Below the pieces are notes generated by a model, which made no database searches, was not told the origin of the DNA, and saw nothing but the letters and a program-made list of their open reading frames with translations. The position numbers and the translations under genes were made by a program. A stretch of DNA of 64,000 nucleotides, from assembly GCA_037189525.1 (NCBI GenBank), contig JBBCJC010000003.1:640001-704000 (forward strand), in the 5' to 3' direction. Source of the stretch: Gemmatimonadales bacterium (GTDB lineage: Bacteria; Gemmatimonadota; Gemmatimonadetes; Gemmatimonadales; GWC2-71-9). Positions 26,272-36,163 of this stretch are shown piece by piece (position 1 is the stretch's first letter; each line of letters opens with the position of its first letter).

Positions 26272-27888
26272 GTGAAGCGCGAGATTCTCATCTCCAGTGG
26301 CCCCCGGGAGACCCGTGTGGCCATCCTCGAGGACGACCGGCTCGCCGAGCTGATGTTCGATCGTCCGGACCACCGCCGCATCGTCGGCGACATCTACCTG
26401 GGCCGAGTCGATGCGGTGCTCCCGGGTATCCAAGCCGCCTTCATCGACATCGGTTTGGAGAAGAGCGCCTTTCTCCATGCCTCGGATCTGCTCGAGCCTG
26501 ACGAAGACGAAGAGCCGAGCGACAAGGACGACGCCGACGACATTCCCGATGTCGACGAGGCGCAGGCCGAGGACAACGGTCGCGCCCGGAACAACGGGAA
26601 AAACGGCGAACCGCGGCAGCGGGAGGCCGGTCGCAAGGCCGTTCCCGATATTGCCGAGATCCTGAAAAAGGGCCAGATCCTCCCGGTTCAGGTCACCAAG
26701 GAACCGATCAGCACCAAGGGCTGCCGGGTCACCGCGCAGATCTCGCTGCCGGGCCGCTTCCTGGTGTACATGCCGTACGCCTCGCGGGTCGGGGTCAGTC
26801 GCAAGATCGAAAGCCGCGAGCAGCGCGCCAAGCTCAGGGAACTGGTGACCAGACTGCTGCCCGAAGATGCGGGCGGTATGATCGTGCGCACCGTCGCCGA
26901 AGGGGTCACCGAAGATCAGTTCGAGCGCGAGGTCGAATCGCTGCTCAACCAGTGGAAGAAGATCAAGCGGAAGCAGGGCTACGTCCGCAAGGCGCCGGCG
27001 TTGCTGCAGCGTGAAGCCAGCCTAACGCGCGGCCTGATTCGCGACGTGTTCTCCGACAAGGTCGACGGCCTCTGGATCGACTCCAAGGAGATCCACAAGG
27101 AAATCGAACAGTACCTGGAGCAGGTCGATCCCGAATTGATGGGACGCGCCCGCCTCTACGCCGAGCCGGTGCCGCTTTTCGATAAGTTCGGCATCGAGGC
27201 CGAGATCAAGGGACTCTTCAAGCCGCGGGTCGACCTGCCATCCGGTGGCTCGTTGGTGATCCAGCCGACCGAAGCGCTGGTGTCGATCGACGTCAATACC
27301 GGCCGGTACACCGGCAAGAAGGATCCCGAGAAGACCATCCTCAAGACCAACCTCGACGCCGCGCGCGAGATCGCCCGCCAGCTGCGCTTGCGCGATCTGG
27401 GCGGCATCATCGTCTGCGATTTCATCGATATGGAGTCGCGCGGCAACCGCGATCGTGTCCTGCAGGAGTTACGAACCCATCTCGGCCGCGACCGGGCCCG
27501 CACCAAGGCGCTCGCGGTGTCCGACCTGGGTCTGGTCGAGATGACCCGGCAGCGGGTCCGCGGCTCGCTCTGGTCGACCATGACGACCGAGTGCCACCAG
27601 TGCCACGGCACCGGTCGGGTCTTCACGCCGGAGGTGGTGAGCCGGCGGATCGAACGGTCGCTCAAGCGGGTGGCCAACGAGCAGCGTGAGCGGCAGATTC
27701 GGGTCCGGCTGCATCCCGAGGTCGCGCTGTACCTGAAGGAAGAGGAGCCCAAGCTGGTGGCCGGGCTGACCCGCCTCCTGGGGGTCGAAATCGAGCTCCG
27801 GGACGATCCGACCGTGCATCAGGACGAGTTCCGGCTGGTCAGTCAGCCCGGGGGCAGGGATGTCACCGAGGTGTATGCCGTAGCCTGA
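26272..27888 (+). CDS. rng: Ribonuclease E/G family endoribonuclease (RNase G-sized)
   Basis: [67 protein letters not shown] Zn link. GTG 26272. Confidence 0.93.
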   Translation: MKREILISSGPRETRVAILEDDRLAELMFDRPDHRRIVGDIYLGRVDAVLPGIQAAFIDIGLEKSAFLHASDLLEPDEDEEPSDKDDADDIPDVDEAQAEDNGRARNNGKNGEPRQREAGRKAVPDIAEILKKGQILPVQVTKEPISTKGCRVTAQISLPGRFLVYMPYASRVGVSRKIESREQRAKLRELVTRLLPEDAGGMIVRTVAEGVTEDQFEREVESLLNQWKKIKRKQGYVRKAPALLQREASLTRGLIRDVFSDKVDGLWIDSKEIHKEIEQYLEQVDPELMGRARLYAEPVPLFDKFGIEAEIKGLFKPRVDLPSGGSLVIQPTEALVSIDVNTGRYTGKKDPEKTILKTNLDAAREIARQLRLRDLGGIIVCDFIDMESRGNRDRVLQELRTHLGRDRARTKALAVSDLGLVEMTRQRVRGSLWSTMTTECHQCHGTGRVFTPEVVSRRIERSLKRVANEQRERQIRVRLHPEVALYLKEEEPKLVAGLTRLLGVEIELRDDPTVHQDEFRLVSQPGGRDVTEVYAVA

Positions 27889-27898
27889 GTCTGGGGGG

Positions 27899-27927
27899 TT
27901 GCTCTATCCCGTTCGTCCTGATACACT
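27899..27927 (+). promoter_or_regulatory. Sigma70-type promoter of rplU-rpmA
   Basis: TTGCTC-N17-TACACT. Confidence 0.6.
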
Positions 27928-27959
27928 TAGGGGCTTTCTCATAACGTGGACCGTCGGCG

Positions 27960-28274
27960 ATGTACGTGATTTTCAAGGCCTTAGGCCATCAATTCAAGGC
28001 GCAGGAGGGCGATACCGTCCGCCTGCCTCTCATGGAAGCCGAGCCGGGCAGCAAGGTCACCTTCAACGAGGTGCTGCTGACGTCGGATGGCGATTCCGTC
28101 CAGGCCGGGACGCCCTTCGTGGCGAACGCGGCGGTCGAGGCGGAAGTCATCGGCCGGGCAAAGGGCGAGAAGATTTACGTCTTCAAGTTCAAGCGGCGGA
28201 AGAACTACCGCCGGAAGACGGGACATCGGCAGAAGTACACCGACGTGCGCATTACCGCCGTCAAGGTAGGCTGA
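27960..28274 (+). CDS. rplU: 50S ribosomal protein L21
   Basis: [24 protein letters not shown]. Confidence 0.97.
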   Translation: MYVIFKALGHQFKAQEGDTVRLPLMEAEPGSKVTFNEVLLTSDGDSVQAGTPFVANAAVEAEVIGRAKGEKIYVFKFKRRKNYRRKTGHRQKYTDVRITAVKVG

Positions 28275-28276
28275 TC

Positions 28277-28540
28277 ATGGCACATAAAAAGGGCGCGGGC
28301 TCCTCGAGAAACGGGCGCACCGCCAATCCGAAGTTCTTGGGCGTCAAGCGGTTCGGGGGCGAGCAGGTGGTGGCTGGCAACATCATCCTCCGCCAGCGTG
28401 GCACCAAGTTCCATCCCGGGAAGAACGTGCGCCGCGCCAACGACGACACGCTCTTTGCCGTGGCCGACGGTGTCGTGACGTTCGAGTGGAAGTCCAAGGG
28501 GAAGCAGCAGGTGTCGGTCTACCCGGCGCTCGCGAACTGA
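28277..28540 (+). CDS. rpmA: 50S ribosomal protein L27
   Basis: [29 protein letters not shown]. Confidence 0.97.
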   Translation: MAHKKGAGSSRNGRTANPKFLGVKRFGGEQVVAGNIILRQRGTKFHPGKNVRRANDDTLFAVADGVVTFEWKSKGKQQVSVYPALAN

Positions 28541-28563
28541 ACCGTTCCTGCTCGGGCTTTGCC

Positions 28564-28597
28564 AAGGGGTGACCAAACGGTCACCCCTTTTCATTTT
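28564..28597 (+). terminator. Intrinsic terminator after rpmA
   Basis: AAGGGGTGACC-aaac-GGTCACCCCTT followed by a T-rich tract. Confidence 0.85.
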
Positions 28598-28669
28598 GAA
28601 ACCGCGCCGTACCTTCCTTCGTTGTTGGGGGCGGGGTTTGACGGTTTGGTATCGCCAAGGAGGCGTGAC

Positions 28670-29026
28670 ATGGCATCGGTGTTCGATCGATTTCGGACCG
28701 AGCTGGATCAGCTCGGCGACCGGGTAAAAGACGCGGTGGCGTCGAGCAAGCTGCACGTCGAGCGCTCGAGCCTCGTCGCCGTCCGCAGCAAGGTGGCGTA
28801 CAAGCTCGGCATGCTGGTCTATCGCAAGGACCGCGGCGGAGAAGTCAATCAGGGCGAGATCGACGCGCTCTACGCGCAGATGGATGATGTCAGCGCGAAG
28901 ATCGCCACGATCGATCGCGAGCTCGACGGGTTGGATGACGACGGCGTCCGGGTCGACGAGCAGCCTGCGCCTGCCGCGGAGACGGCCGAAGCCGAAATCA
29001 TCCCGCCGGATTCGCCACGCACCTAG
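28670..29026 (+). CDS. Hypothetical coiled-coil protein
   Basis: Strong SD AAGGAGG before ATG 28670 (MASVFDRFR). Confidence 0.75.
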   Translation: MASVFDRFRTELDQLGDRVKDAVASSKLHVERSSLVAVRSKVAYKLGMLVYRKDRGGEVNQGEIDALYAQMDDVSAKIATIDRELDGLDDDGVRVDEQPAPAAETAEAEIIPPDSPRT

Positions 29027-29053
29027 CGATTCGATTCGTCGGGGCAATGAGAC

Positions 29054-29092
29054 TGCCTCCGGGCCGAGCGATATCTGCTCGGCCCGGAGGCA
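29054..29092. terminator. Hairpin between convergent genes (probable bidirectional terminator)
   Basis: Perfect 16-bp stem TGCCTCCGGGCCGAGC/GCTCGGCCCGGAGGCA. Confidence 0.7.
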
Positions 29093-29098
29093 ACGTGT

Positions 29099-31201
29099 TT
29101 ACTGGCCGGTCTGCCGGAACGACTGCAGGCGCGGCTGCAAGGCGTTGAGGGCGAGGTTGGGAGCACCCCCGTTGACGGAAACAGGGTCGCCGGCGTTGGT
29201 CACCATCAGGAACGCGACGCCTGAATCGAGGAAGACCGAAGCCCGCGACCGGTTTCGGTTGTTGCTCCCATCGTGCGTGATGTACCGGTTGTTGGCGGCT
29301 TGCGAGGTAATGACCTCCCAGCCGTAACCGTACGCCCTGTTGGCGGCGCTCGGCGTAGCAGCGCTCGTCAGTAGCCGCGCAGTCTGCTGGGGCATCAGGG
29401 TCGATTGGCCCGCATCGGCCCGCATCACTTCCCGAATGAAGGTGCTCCAGTCGCCCAAGCTCATGTGTACTCTGCCCGAGCCTGATGCCCAGCTGTTGTC
29501 GCACGATTCGCAGATTGCCCATCCGGCTCCACTGGGGCTGTGGCCGCTGGGCTGATTGGTCTGTCCGGCGCCGGTGGTAGGCCCGAATCCGCTGTTGGTA
29601 ATGCCGAGTGGCGTCCAGACCTGGTTCTGGAGGGCGGGCTCGAATGAGGTGCCCCAGGCGCGTCCCAGAATTTCGCCCAGGATCTGGTACGCAATGTTGC
29701 TGTAGAAGTAGCTTCCGCGTGGAGCCTGGGGCGGCTGTTGAACCGCCCACTGATCGACGGCCGCGCGCTGCTGAGCGAGCGTACCGGAGAGGGCAATCGT
29801 CGGATTGCCGACGATGCCCGATTGCATCGTCGCCAGATCGCGAATCGTGATTGGCTGGAGCTCGGCCCGTGCGAGCGGCGCAAGCTGCGGATAGCGGGTG
29901 ACCATCAGATCATCCCAGCCGAGCCGTCCGGCGGCAACCGTGACGCCGGCAAGGAATCCGGTCAGGTTCTTCGTGTTCGACCCGATGTGCCACTTGTCGG
30001 CCTGGGTGACCTGGAACTGGGTCCCCCAGCGCCGCACTCCGGCCACCCCGATGGCCAGCACTCCATGTTCGCGTGAAACGATGGTGGCGCCGAGTGCCGG
30101 CAGGTTGAATGCCGCGCGGAGTGAGTCGACGATGCGGGTCAGGTCGCCGGGGACGACACGGATGCGTGCCGTGGCGGATTTGCCTTCGCTGGTGGCGGTA
30201 ATGGTGACGGCTCCGGGCACCAGACCGGTGACGACGCCGACATCACTGACCGATGCGATGGTTGGTGCGCTCGACAACCAGGTCACCGGGCGTCCCTCCA
30301 ACGGTGATCCGCCTTCGTCGAGCGTCGCAACCGTCAGGGTTCGGGTTCGCAGATATTCGACGTCGGAGCTATCGGGAGTCAGCTGGACCGTGGCAACGGA
30401 CGCCGCCGGCAGTTCCAGAATGGCGTACGTGCTGAACGACGAGGTCTGGCCGGTGACGGTGCGTTCCGTAATATCGACCGTACTTCCGGGGACCTCGGTC
30501 CATGCGGAATTCGTGTAGCGATGGAGCCGGAGTCGATTCGGATCCCTGCTGGCAACCGCAGCGGCACTGTACTGCAGCTTGATCGTCACCGGCTGCGTGA
30601 ACGTGGTGCCCGATGGTCCGAAGTCGTAGACCGTTTCGGCAACCAGGCGATCACTGGCTGGTGGCGTTGTCGTGCGCTTGATCGTGATGGTGGTCGACTG
30701 CCCGAGCGCTCCGGCCGGGACCGTGATCACTGCCGCGCCGGCCGCCGCCGTGACCGTGCCGCCTGCCGCCCCGATCGCGGCGCCGTCGAGCACCGTGACC
30801 GTCGCGTTCGCCGTTCGCCCCTCGGATGTCGCGGTGAGCTGGGTGGTTCCGGCGCCGACCGCCGTTACGAGCCCCGATGTGCCGACGGTGGCCACGGCGG
30901 CCGTCGTCGTTGCCCACGAAACGGTGCGCCCGGTCAAGGTGTTGCCCGCCGCATCGCGCGTCGTTGCGGTAAACTGGCGGGTTCCCCCAGGGACCAGCAC
31001 CGTAGTATCAGGCGCAAGGACAACCGTTGCCACGGCCGCCGGCGGTGGGGGCGGGGGTGGAGGCGGCGGCGGGGGCGGAGGGGGCGTGGGCCCGGTTCCT
31101 CCTCCGCCGCATCCGGTCAGAATAGCGGCCGCAACGATGATCGTACCAAGAGCTGAGCAGGCCGTACGACGGCCATCGGTACACCGACCGCGATCACGCA
31201 T
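29099..31201 (-). CDS. Lipoprotein: polyPro linker, Ig-like (Big_2), ZU5-like, Big_2, beta-lactamase-family serine hydrolase
   Basis: ILTG|C lipobox; two ATV...G.VT..GT..ITATSEG Big_2 repeats; FGPSGTTFTQPVTI ZU5-like segment; SNTK (SxxK), YSN and HDG motifs. Confidence 0.85.
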   Translation of the reverse strand: MRDRGRCTDGRRTACSALGTIIVAAAILTGCGGGGTGPTPPPPPPPPPPPPPPPAAVATVVLAPDTTVLVPGGTRQFTATTRDAAGNTLTGRTVSWATTTAAVATVGTSGLVTAVGAGTTQLTATSEGRTANATVTVLDGAAIGAAGGTVTAAAGAAVITVPAGALGQSTTITIKRTTTPPASDRLVAETVYDFGPSGTTFTQPVTIKLQYSAAAVASRDPNRLRLHRYTNSAWTEVPGSTVDITERTVTGQTSSFSTYAILELPAASVATVQLTPDSSDVEYLRTRTLTVATLDEGGSPLEGRPVTWLSSAPTIASVSDVGVVTGLVPGAVTITATSEGKSATARIRVVPGDLTRIVDSLRAAFNLPALGATIVSREHGVLAIGVAGVRRWGTQFQVTQADKWHIGSNTKNLTGFLAGVTVAAGRLGWDDLMVTRYPQLAPLARAELQPITIRDLATMQSGIVGNPTIALSGTLAQQRAAVDQWAVQQPPQAPRGSYFYSNIAYQILGEILGRAWGTSFEPALQNQVWTPLGITNSGFGPTTGAGQTNQPSGHSPSGAGWAICESCDNSWASGSGRVHMSLGDWSTFIREVMRADAGQSTLMPQQTARLLTSAATPSAANRAYGYGWEVITSQAANNRYITHDGSNNRNRSRASVFLDSGVAFLMVTNAGDPVSVNGGAPNLALNALQPRLQSFRQTGQ
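31040..31085 (-). repeat. Polyproline tract (about 15 consecutive Pro codons)
   Basis: G-rich run on + strand with mixed synonymous codons. Confidence 0.85.
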
Positions 31202-31332
31202 GGCTGGAGCTACCTCAGTGAAAGTGCCGCAGGCGAGCGGCGAGCGTCCGGCCCAAAGGCCACGCCGGAGAATGGAACGGGATCGACTATAAACGCGAAA
31301 TCCGCGTGGAGATTGGATCATCGGGAAACCAA

Positions 31333-31367
31333 ACGGAGGGGCCTGAACCTGGTTCAGACCCCTCCGT
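31333..31367 (-). terminator. Intrinsic terminator of the amidohydrolase operon
   Basis: ACGGAGGGG.CTGAAC/GTTCAG.CCCCTCCGT stem followed by TTTGGTTT on the minus strand. Confidence 0.7.
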
Positions 31368-31391
31368 CGGTGCCCGAGCGTGCGGGGCGAA

Positions 31392-32633
31392 TTACCGGAC
31401 TGGCGGCACCGTCATGTAGCGGTCGCGCAGTTCATGTTCCCGGGTCCGGAGTGACGTCTCCTGCCCACGGATGAAGACCTTCTCGGCCGCCGACGACAAC
31501 TCGAACGGATCGCCGGACCAGACGACGACATTGCCGACGCTTCCGATGGCCAGAGTGCCGTACTGCGGCAGGCCGAGCGCCTGAGCGGGAGCCTGCGTCA
31601 CCGCCTTGAGGGCGTCATCCCACGAGAGACCGTTCCGGACGGCATTGCCGGCGGCAAAGCGAAGGCCGCGTTCGCCGCCCGGGTCGCTGCCGGCGATGAT
31701 GACCGTGACGCCGGCCTCGCGAAGCAGCGTGATGTTATCGAGGCGCGCACCCAACCCGTCGAAGTTCGGGATGTCCTGGTTCGGGCCCACGATCACCGGA
31801 ACCTTGGCCGTCGCAATCGCCTCGGCCACCTTCCAGCCTTCCACCGCACCAAGCAGCACGATGCGGAGCCGATGCTCGCGAGCGAGTCGGAGGGCGTTCT
31901 CGATGTCGATGCGGCGATTGGCCGCAATCACCACCGGGACTTCGCCGCGGAGCGCCGGAAGCAGCGCCGCGAGTTCGTCGACAGGTGCGCTAAAGGGCTG
32001 CGTCGCCGCCCGGTTGTACTCGAGCCGCCGGCGGCTGTATTCGAGCGCATCGCGGAAGAGTTCCTTGAGGCGCGCAATCGTTCCGGCCCGAACGCCGCCG
32101 CCGGCTGCGCGGCTGCCTCCGGTCAGATTGATCATCAGCGCGGACGGGGCTTTGACGATCATATCGTCGACCCGGCTTCCGGAGTAGTCGACCGCTACCG
32201 ATACACCGGGCAGGAACGATCCGTTCGGCAGCAGGATGCCGGTGGTGATGCCGCCGGTCCGCGCCAGCGGAATCGAGATGGCCTCGGGATCGATACCCAG
32301 CGTCAGATCGAACGACGGGTTGATCTGGCCTTGCTTGGTCGCCTCACCGAAGCCCTGGAGACCGCCGATACCGGTGCCGGCGGCCGCATCCGAATGAATC
32401 AGACCCGGAGTGACCCACTTGCCGGCCGCGTCGACGACCGTCGCGCCTGCCGGGACGGCCGCATTGGCCCCCACGGCGGTGATGCGACCATTCGTGATGA
32501 CGACGGTACCACGTTCGATCTTGGGACCGGACACCGGAAAGACGGTGCCGTTGGTGATGGCCACGGTCTGCGCGGCTGCCGTGCCCGACAGCGCCATCAG
32601 CGCGGCAAGCGAAAGCGTCGAACGGCGAATCAT
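31392..32633 (-). CDS. Secreted amidohydrolase-family protein lacking the HxH metal ligands
   Basis: Signal peptide; DAAGKWVTPGLIHSD; GSD; VVWSGDPF. Confidence 0.85.
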   Translation of the reverse strand: MIRRSTLSLAALMALSGTAAAQTVAITNGTVFPVSGPKIERGTVVITNGRITAVGANAAVPAGATVVDAAGKWVTPGLIHSDAAAGTGIGGLQGFGEATKQGQINPSFDLTLGIDPEAISIPLARTGGITTGILLPNGSFLPGVSVAVDYSGSRVDDMIVKAPSALMINLTGGSRAAGGGVRAGTIARLKELFRDALEYSRRRLEYNRAATQPFSAPVDELAALLPALRGEVPVVIAANRRIDIENALRLAREHRLRIVLLGAVEGWKVAEAIATAKVPVIVGPNQDIPNFDGLGARLDNITLLREAGVTVIIAGSDPGGERGLRFAAGNAVRNGLSWDDALKAVTQAPAQALGLPQYGTLAIGSVGNVVVWSGDPFELSSAAEKVFIRGQETSLRTREHELRDRYMTVPPVR

Positions 32634-34042
32634 CGTCCCACCCCCGGAGCCGTCTGCCCCAAGTTGAAGTCGGTCTGGTACTGACGGTTCTTGTCGGAGC
32701 GGTCGAACACGAGCCAGCCCTCGTTCCAGACTTTCTCCGCCTTGGAGTAGACGGAGAACGGATCGCCGGACCAGAGCACCACGTCGGCCAGCTTGCCGGG
32801 CTCGAGCGTGCCGGTTTCCCGGTCGATGCCGAGCACCCAGGCTGGGTTGGCGGTGATCCAGCGGATCGCCTGGTCACGGGTGATCGGAATGCCCGCGCGA
32901 ATTCCGGCATACATCGCCTTGGCTGCATCCTGATTCATCCGCTGGATGCCGTCCGGGCTGTCGGTGTGGAGCACGGAACGGACGCCGGCCTTGGTGAGCA
33001 GCGCCAGGTTCTCCAGGATCCGGTCGAACGCTTCCATCTTGAAGCCACCCCAGTCATACCAGACCGAGGCCGCAGTGCCGGCCGACGCAAGCAGATCGGC
33101 CACCTTGTACGCTTCGACGCCGTGGTGGATCGAGCGAATCGTGAATCCGAATTCGCGAGCCACGTCGAGCATCTGGGCAATTTCGTCGCCGCGGTAGCAG
33201 TGGTTCTGGACCCCGATCTCGCCGCGCAGCACGCCGGCCAGCGTTTCGAGCTTGAGATCGCGTGCGGGTGGATCGCCCTTCCGGTCCTTGAGCCACTTGT
33301 CCCAACGCTGCCGATACTGCTCGGCCTGAATGAACGCCGCCCGGTATCCCGCGACGTTGCCCATCCGGGTCGACGGTCCGCGCGAGGCGTAGACCCGCTT
33401 CGGGTTTTCACCGCAGGCCATCTTCAGCCCGTACGGCGCGCCGGGATATTTCATTTCCTGCACCGTGCGCGCCGGGACGAAGCGGACGGTCACCGAACGG
33501 CCGCCGATCAGGTTGGCCGAGCCGGGCAGGATCTGCGCGACGGTCACGCCGCCGGCAACGGCCAGCGGGATCTGCGGATCGTGCGGCCAGAAGGAATGCT
33601 CCGCCCAAACTTCCGCCGTGTTCGGGTTGGTCATCTCGTTCCCGTCGCTCTCCGCGGCGGTTCCGGGGGCGGCATAGACACCGATGTGGCTGTGGGTGTC
33701 GATGATGCCGGGCGTCACGAACTTGCCCTGCGCGTCGATCACCTGGGCGCCGGCCGGTACGGTACCGACGTTGCCCACGGCGACGATCTTCCCATCCTGG
33801 AAGAGAATCGATGCGTTGGTGAGTTCCTGGCCCGTCGCGGTCATGATCGTGGCGTTCCGGATCACCACGGCCGCGTTCGGACGCCGCTGGTAGGTCGAGG
33901 GATACTGGCTTCGGTCGAAGCTCAGCGTATCGCGGAACGTCTCCGCGCTCGGCGGGCTCGTCGAGGCTTGAGCCACGGCCTCGTGCGCGCCAAGGGCGAG
34001 CACCAGCGCCGGCGCAACGAGATATGGTTTCACACCCATCAT
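32630..34042 (-). CDS. Secreted metal-dependent amidohydrolase
   Basis: Signal peptide; PGIIDTHSH, LKMACGENPK, NHCY, HHGVE, HTD, GTLEPGKLADVVLWSGDP. Confidence 0.92.
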   Translation of the reverse strand: MMGVKPYLVAPALVLALGAHEAVAQASTSPPSAETFRDTLSFDRSQYPSTYQRRPNAAVVIRNATIMTATGQELTNASILFQDGKIVAVGNVGTVPAGAQVIDAQGKFVTPGIIDTHSHIGVYAAPGTAAESDGNEMTNPNTAEVWAEHSFWPHDPQIPLAVAGGVTVAQILPGSANLIGGRSVTVRFVPARTVQEMKYPGAPYGLKMACGENPKRVYASRGPSTRMGNVAGYRAAFIQAEQYRQRWDKWLKDRKGDPPARDLKLETLAGVLRGEIGVQNHCYRGDEIAQMLDVAREFGFTIRSIHHGVEAYKVADLLASAGTAASVWYDWGGFKMEAFDRILENLALLTKAGVRSVLHTDSPDGIQRMNQDAAKAMYAGIRAGIPITRDQAIRWITANPAWVLGIDRETGTLEPGKLADVVLWSGDPFSVYSKAEKVWNEGWLVFDRSDKNRQYQTDFNLGQTAPGVGR

Positions 34043-34129
34043 CCTCCTCTTTCTTCTCAGTCCCTGTGTTGGAATGATCGAGCCGTTCGCTCCGGTGGTG
34101 CGGGGGCGGCTCCTGCGGACGTACTGGTC

Positions 34130-34825
34130 CTACTCGACCCGCACGATTTCGACGGGGGTTCCCGCAATGGCGATCTTGAGCAGCTGAAATGGAGCCTGCC
34201 GAGACACCCAGAAGTTGGCCGTTTGCGGTCCGCCGGTCAGATCGACCCGGAACGCCTCGACGCTCTTGCCGGAGGTGAGCGTGACCGACTCGGCACCGGT
34301 CACCTGCAAGGTTCGGATCGCCGTTTCGTTCTGCCCGCCGCTGAAGACCCGGAAGGTCCAGCGACTGTCCGCCGTCCAGGGCAGGGCGGGGACCAGCCCC
34401 TGGATGGCGTTGTCATCGACGACCGGGTCTGTCAACGTCGTGTCGATCGTGAGGCTGACCGGCCCGCTGGGACCCACGGTGTTGGCGCGACCTTTGACGC
34501 TCGACCCGTGGTAGTCGAGCTCGATCACGGTCGCCTCGCCCTGGACCTTGCCGGCCTGGCGGACCTGCACCATGGCTCCCTGGCGATCCAGGTCGACCGT
34601 GGTCTCCTGTTCGAGCAGGCCCTCGATCTGGCTCCGTTCGCGGAGGCGAAAGCCGTTGGCGGTCGTCTCGACTGACGTCACGAGGGCTCCCAGGGGGATA
34701 CCATTGGCCCGGATGGCAAAGCTGTCCCGCGATGGAGCAAGCTGAGCGACACGGACGGGAAGAGTCTGAGCTGCCGCGACGCTGCCGATCGGGGCAGCGA
34801 GCGCCAGCGCAACGACGATACGCAT
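34130..34825 (-). CDS. Secreted hypothetical beta-rich protein (DUF3108-like)
   Basis: Signal peptide AAA|Q; VTGAESVTLTSG..VEAFRV...FWVS pattern. Confidence 0.7.
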   Translation of the reverse strand: MRIVVALALAAPIGSVAAAQTLPVRVAQLAPSRDSFAIRANGIPLGALVTSVETTANGFRLRERSQIEGLLEQETTVDLDRQGAMVQVRQAGKVQGEATVIELDYHGSSVKGRANTVGPSGPVSLTIDTTLTDPVVDDNAIQGLVPALPWTADSRWTFRVFSGGQNETAIRTLQVTGAESVTLTSGKSVEAFRVDLTGGPQTANFWVSRQAPFQLLKIAIAGTPVEIVRVE

Positions 34826-35063
34826 CCTGAGGAGACCTCGATGGTGGTCCGAAGGCGGTTCAATCTAGCCACTCGCGCTGGAAATCGCTGCGGACCGGGC
34901 AGGCGCGTGAGAGAGGACATCCCGGCGCGAATGGTTCAGGTGCCATCCGTGGTGGATGAAAATAGTTCGTCAAATATCCTAGTCATTGACAACAGATCAC
35001 CTTGTATGACAGACGCTAAATAACTGTGTTGCAATTGATTATGTCTCAGGCCTTTCCAGGCTT

Positions 35064-35087
35064 AACAATCGCTTTCCAGATCCGTCT
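35064..35087 (+). promoter_or_regulatory. Candidate ECF-sigma autoregulatory promoter
   Basis: AAC-N16-CGTCT immediately upstream of the sigma factor start. Confidence 0.55.
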
Positions 35088-35099
35088 TTCCTGGTGCGA

Positions 35100-35633
35100 A
35101 TGATGACGGCAACGACCGATGACGACCTGATCCGCGAGTTTCTGGCGGGTAGTGAGGCTGCCGCGACGCAGCTGGTGGTTCGTCACACATCGTCTCTGGG
35201 TCGTTATCTGGCCGCGGTGGGGGCCGATCCCGGTGAGATCGAGGATCTGGTCCAGGAGGCCTTCTTCCGGGCCTTCCGATCGCTCGGCGGCTGGAAAGGG
35301 CACGGATCGTTTCGGGCCTGGTTGTTTCGGATCGGGGTCAATCTGGCCCGGGATCGCGCCCGAGCCCATCGCGGGCTCACGCTGGTGCCGATCGAGGAAG
35401 AAGAGATTGTGGCCGGGGCAGATCCGGAGGGCGAGATGGGGGTGCAGGACATGGTGGGACGGATCGAGAGCGTATTGGCGGAGCTGCCGAGGTTGCAGCG
35501 GGAAGTCTTTCTGCTCAGGGCGCAGCAGGCGCTCGGATACGAGGAGATCGCGGTGGCGCTCGAAACGACGCCTGGCGCGGCCCGGGTCCACTATCACCAC
35601 GCGGTGCGACGATTGAAGGAGGCGGTACGCTGA
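35100..35633 (+). CDS. ECF RNA polymerase sigma factor
   Basis: EDLVQEAF, SFRAWLFRIGVN, LPRLQREVFLLR, YEEIA..L...PG. Start GTG 35094 or ATG 35100. Confidence 0.93.
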   Translation: MMTATTDDDLIREFLAGSEAAATQLVVRHTSSLGRYLAAVGADPGEIEDLVQEAFFRAFRSLGGWKGHGSFRAWLFRIGVNLARDRARAHRGLTLVPIEEEEIVAGADPEGEMGVQDMVGRIESVLAELPRLQREVFLLRAQQALGYEEIAVALETTPGAARVHYHHAVRRLKEAVR

Positions 35634-36163
35634 TGCGCTGCGAGGAATTGTCGGAACGGATGCCGCTCGTGGCGGCCGGCGCGGAATGGACATCGGCTGA
35701 ATCGGCTCACTTGGCGGGATGTTCCGCATGTGCTGAGGAATGGTTGGTGGTGCAGGCAGGCCGGCGTTTGGGCGACCGCGCTCCCCGGCTCGATGCGAAT
35801 GTGGTTGCGGCGGGCGTCTTGGCCCGGCTTCGAACGGAGCCGTCTCCACGACCAGCCCCCGCAGGAACACGGACCGGGCGATTCCGTTCTCGCTCAGCCC
35901 GCTGGATTGGGGGAGGATTGGCCGCCGCGGCGGCCCTGGTGCTGGCCATCGGTCTTGGCCGGGACAAGGGAACGGGAAACAGAGAGGGTCCCGTGCCGCA
36001 GACGGAGATGACGTTGACCGAGTTGGAAGGGCTTACCAGTGCCGAGCTCGAGGAAATCATGGCACAGCTGGAGATCGACGATATCGGGAGTACGGCGGAA
36101 CCCGGATTGGCCGATCTCACCACCGAAGAACTGGAGCGCTTGCTGCGCTCCTGGGAAGGATGA
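35633..36163 (+). CDS. Zinc-binding anti-sigma factor with single TM
   Basis: C...HLAGCSAC (Hx3Cx2C); TM GGGLAAAAALVLAIG; TGATG coupling to sigma. Confidence 0.85.
   Translation: MRCEELSERMPLVAAGAEWTSAESAHLAGCSACAEEWLVVQAGRRLGDRAPRLDANVVAAGVLARLRTEPSPRPAPAGTRTGRFRSRSARWIGGGLAAAAALVLAIGLGRDKGTGNREGPVPQTEMTLTELEGLTSAELEEIMAQLEIDDIGSTAEPGLADLTTEELERLLRSWEG

Noticed and set aside
30672..31292. Poly-Gly protein on the + strand
   Set aside because: Antisense reading of the polyproline linker of the lipoprotein.
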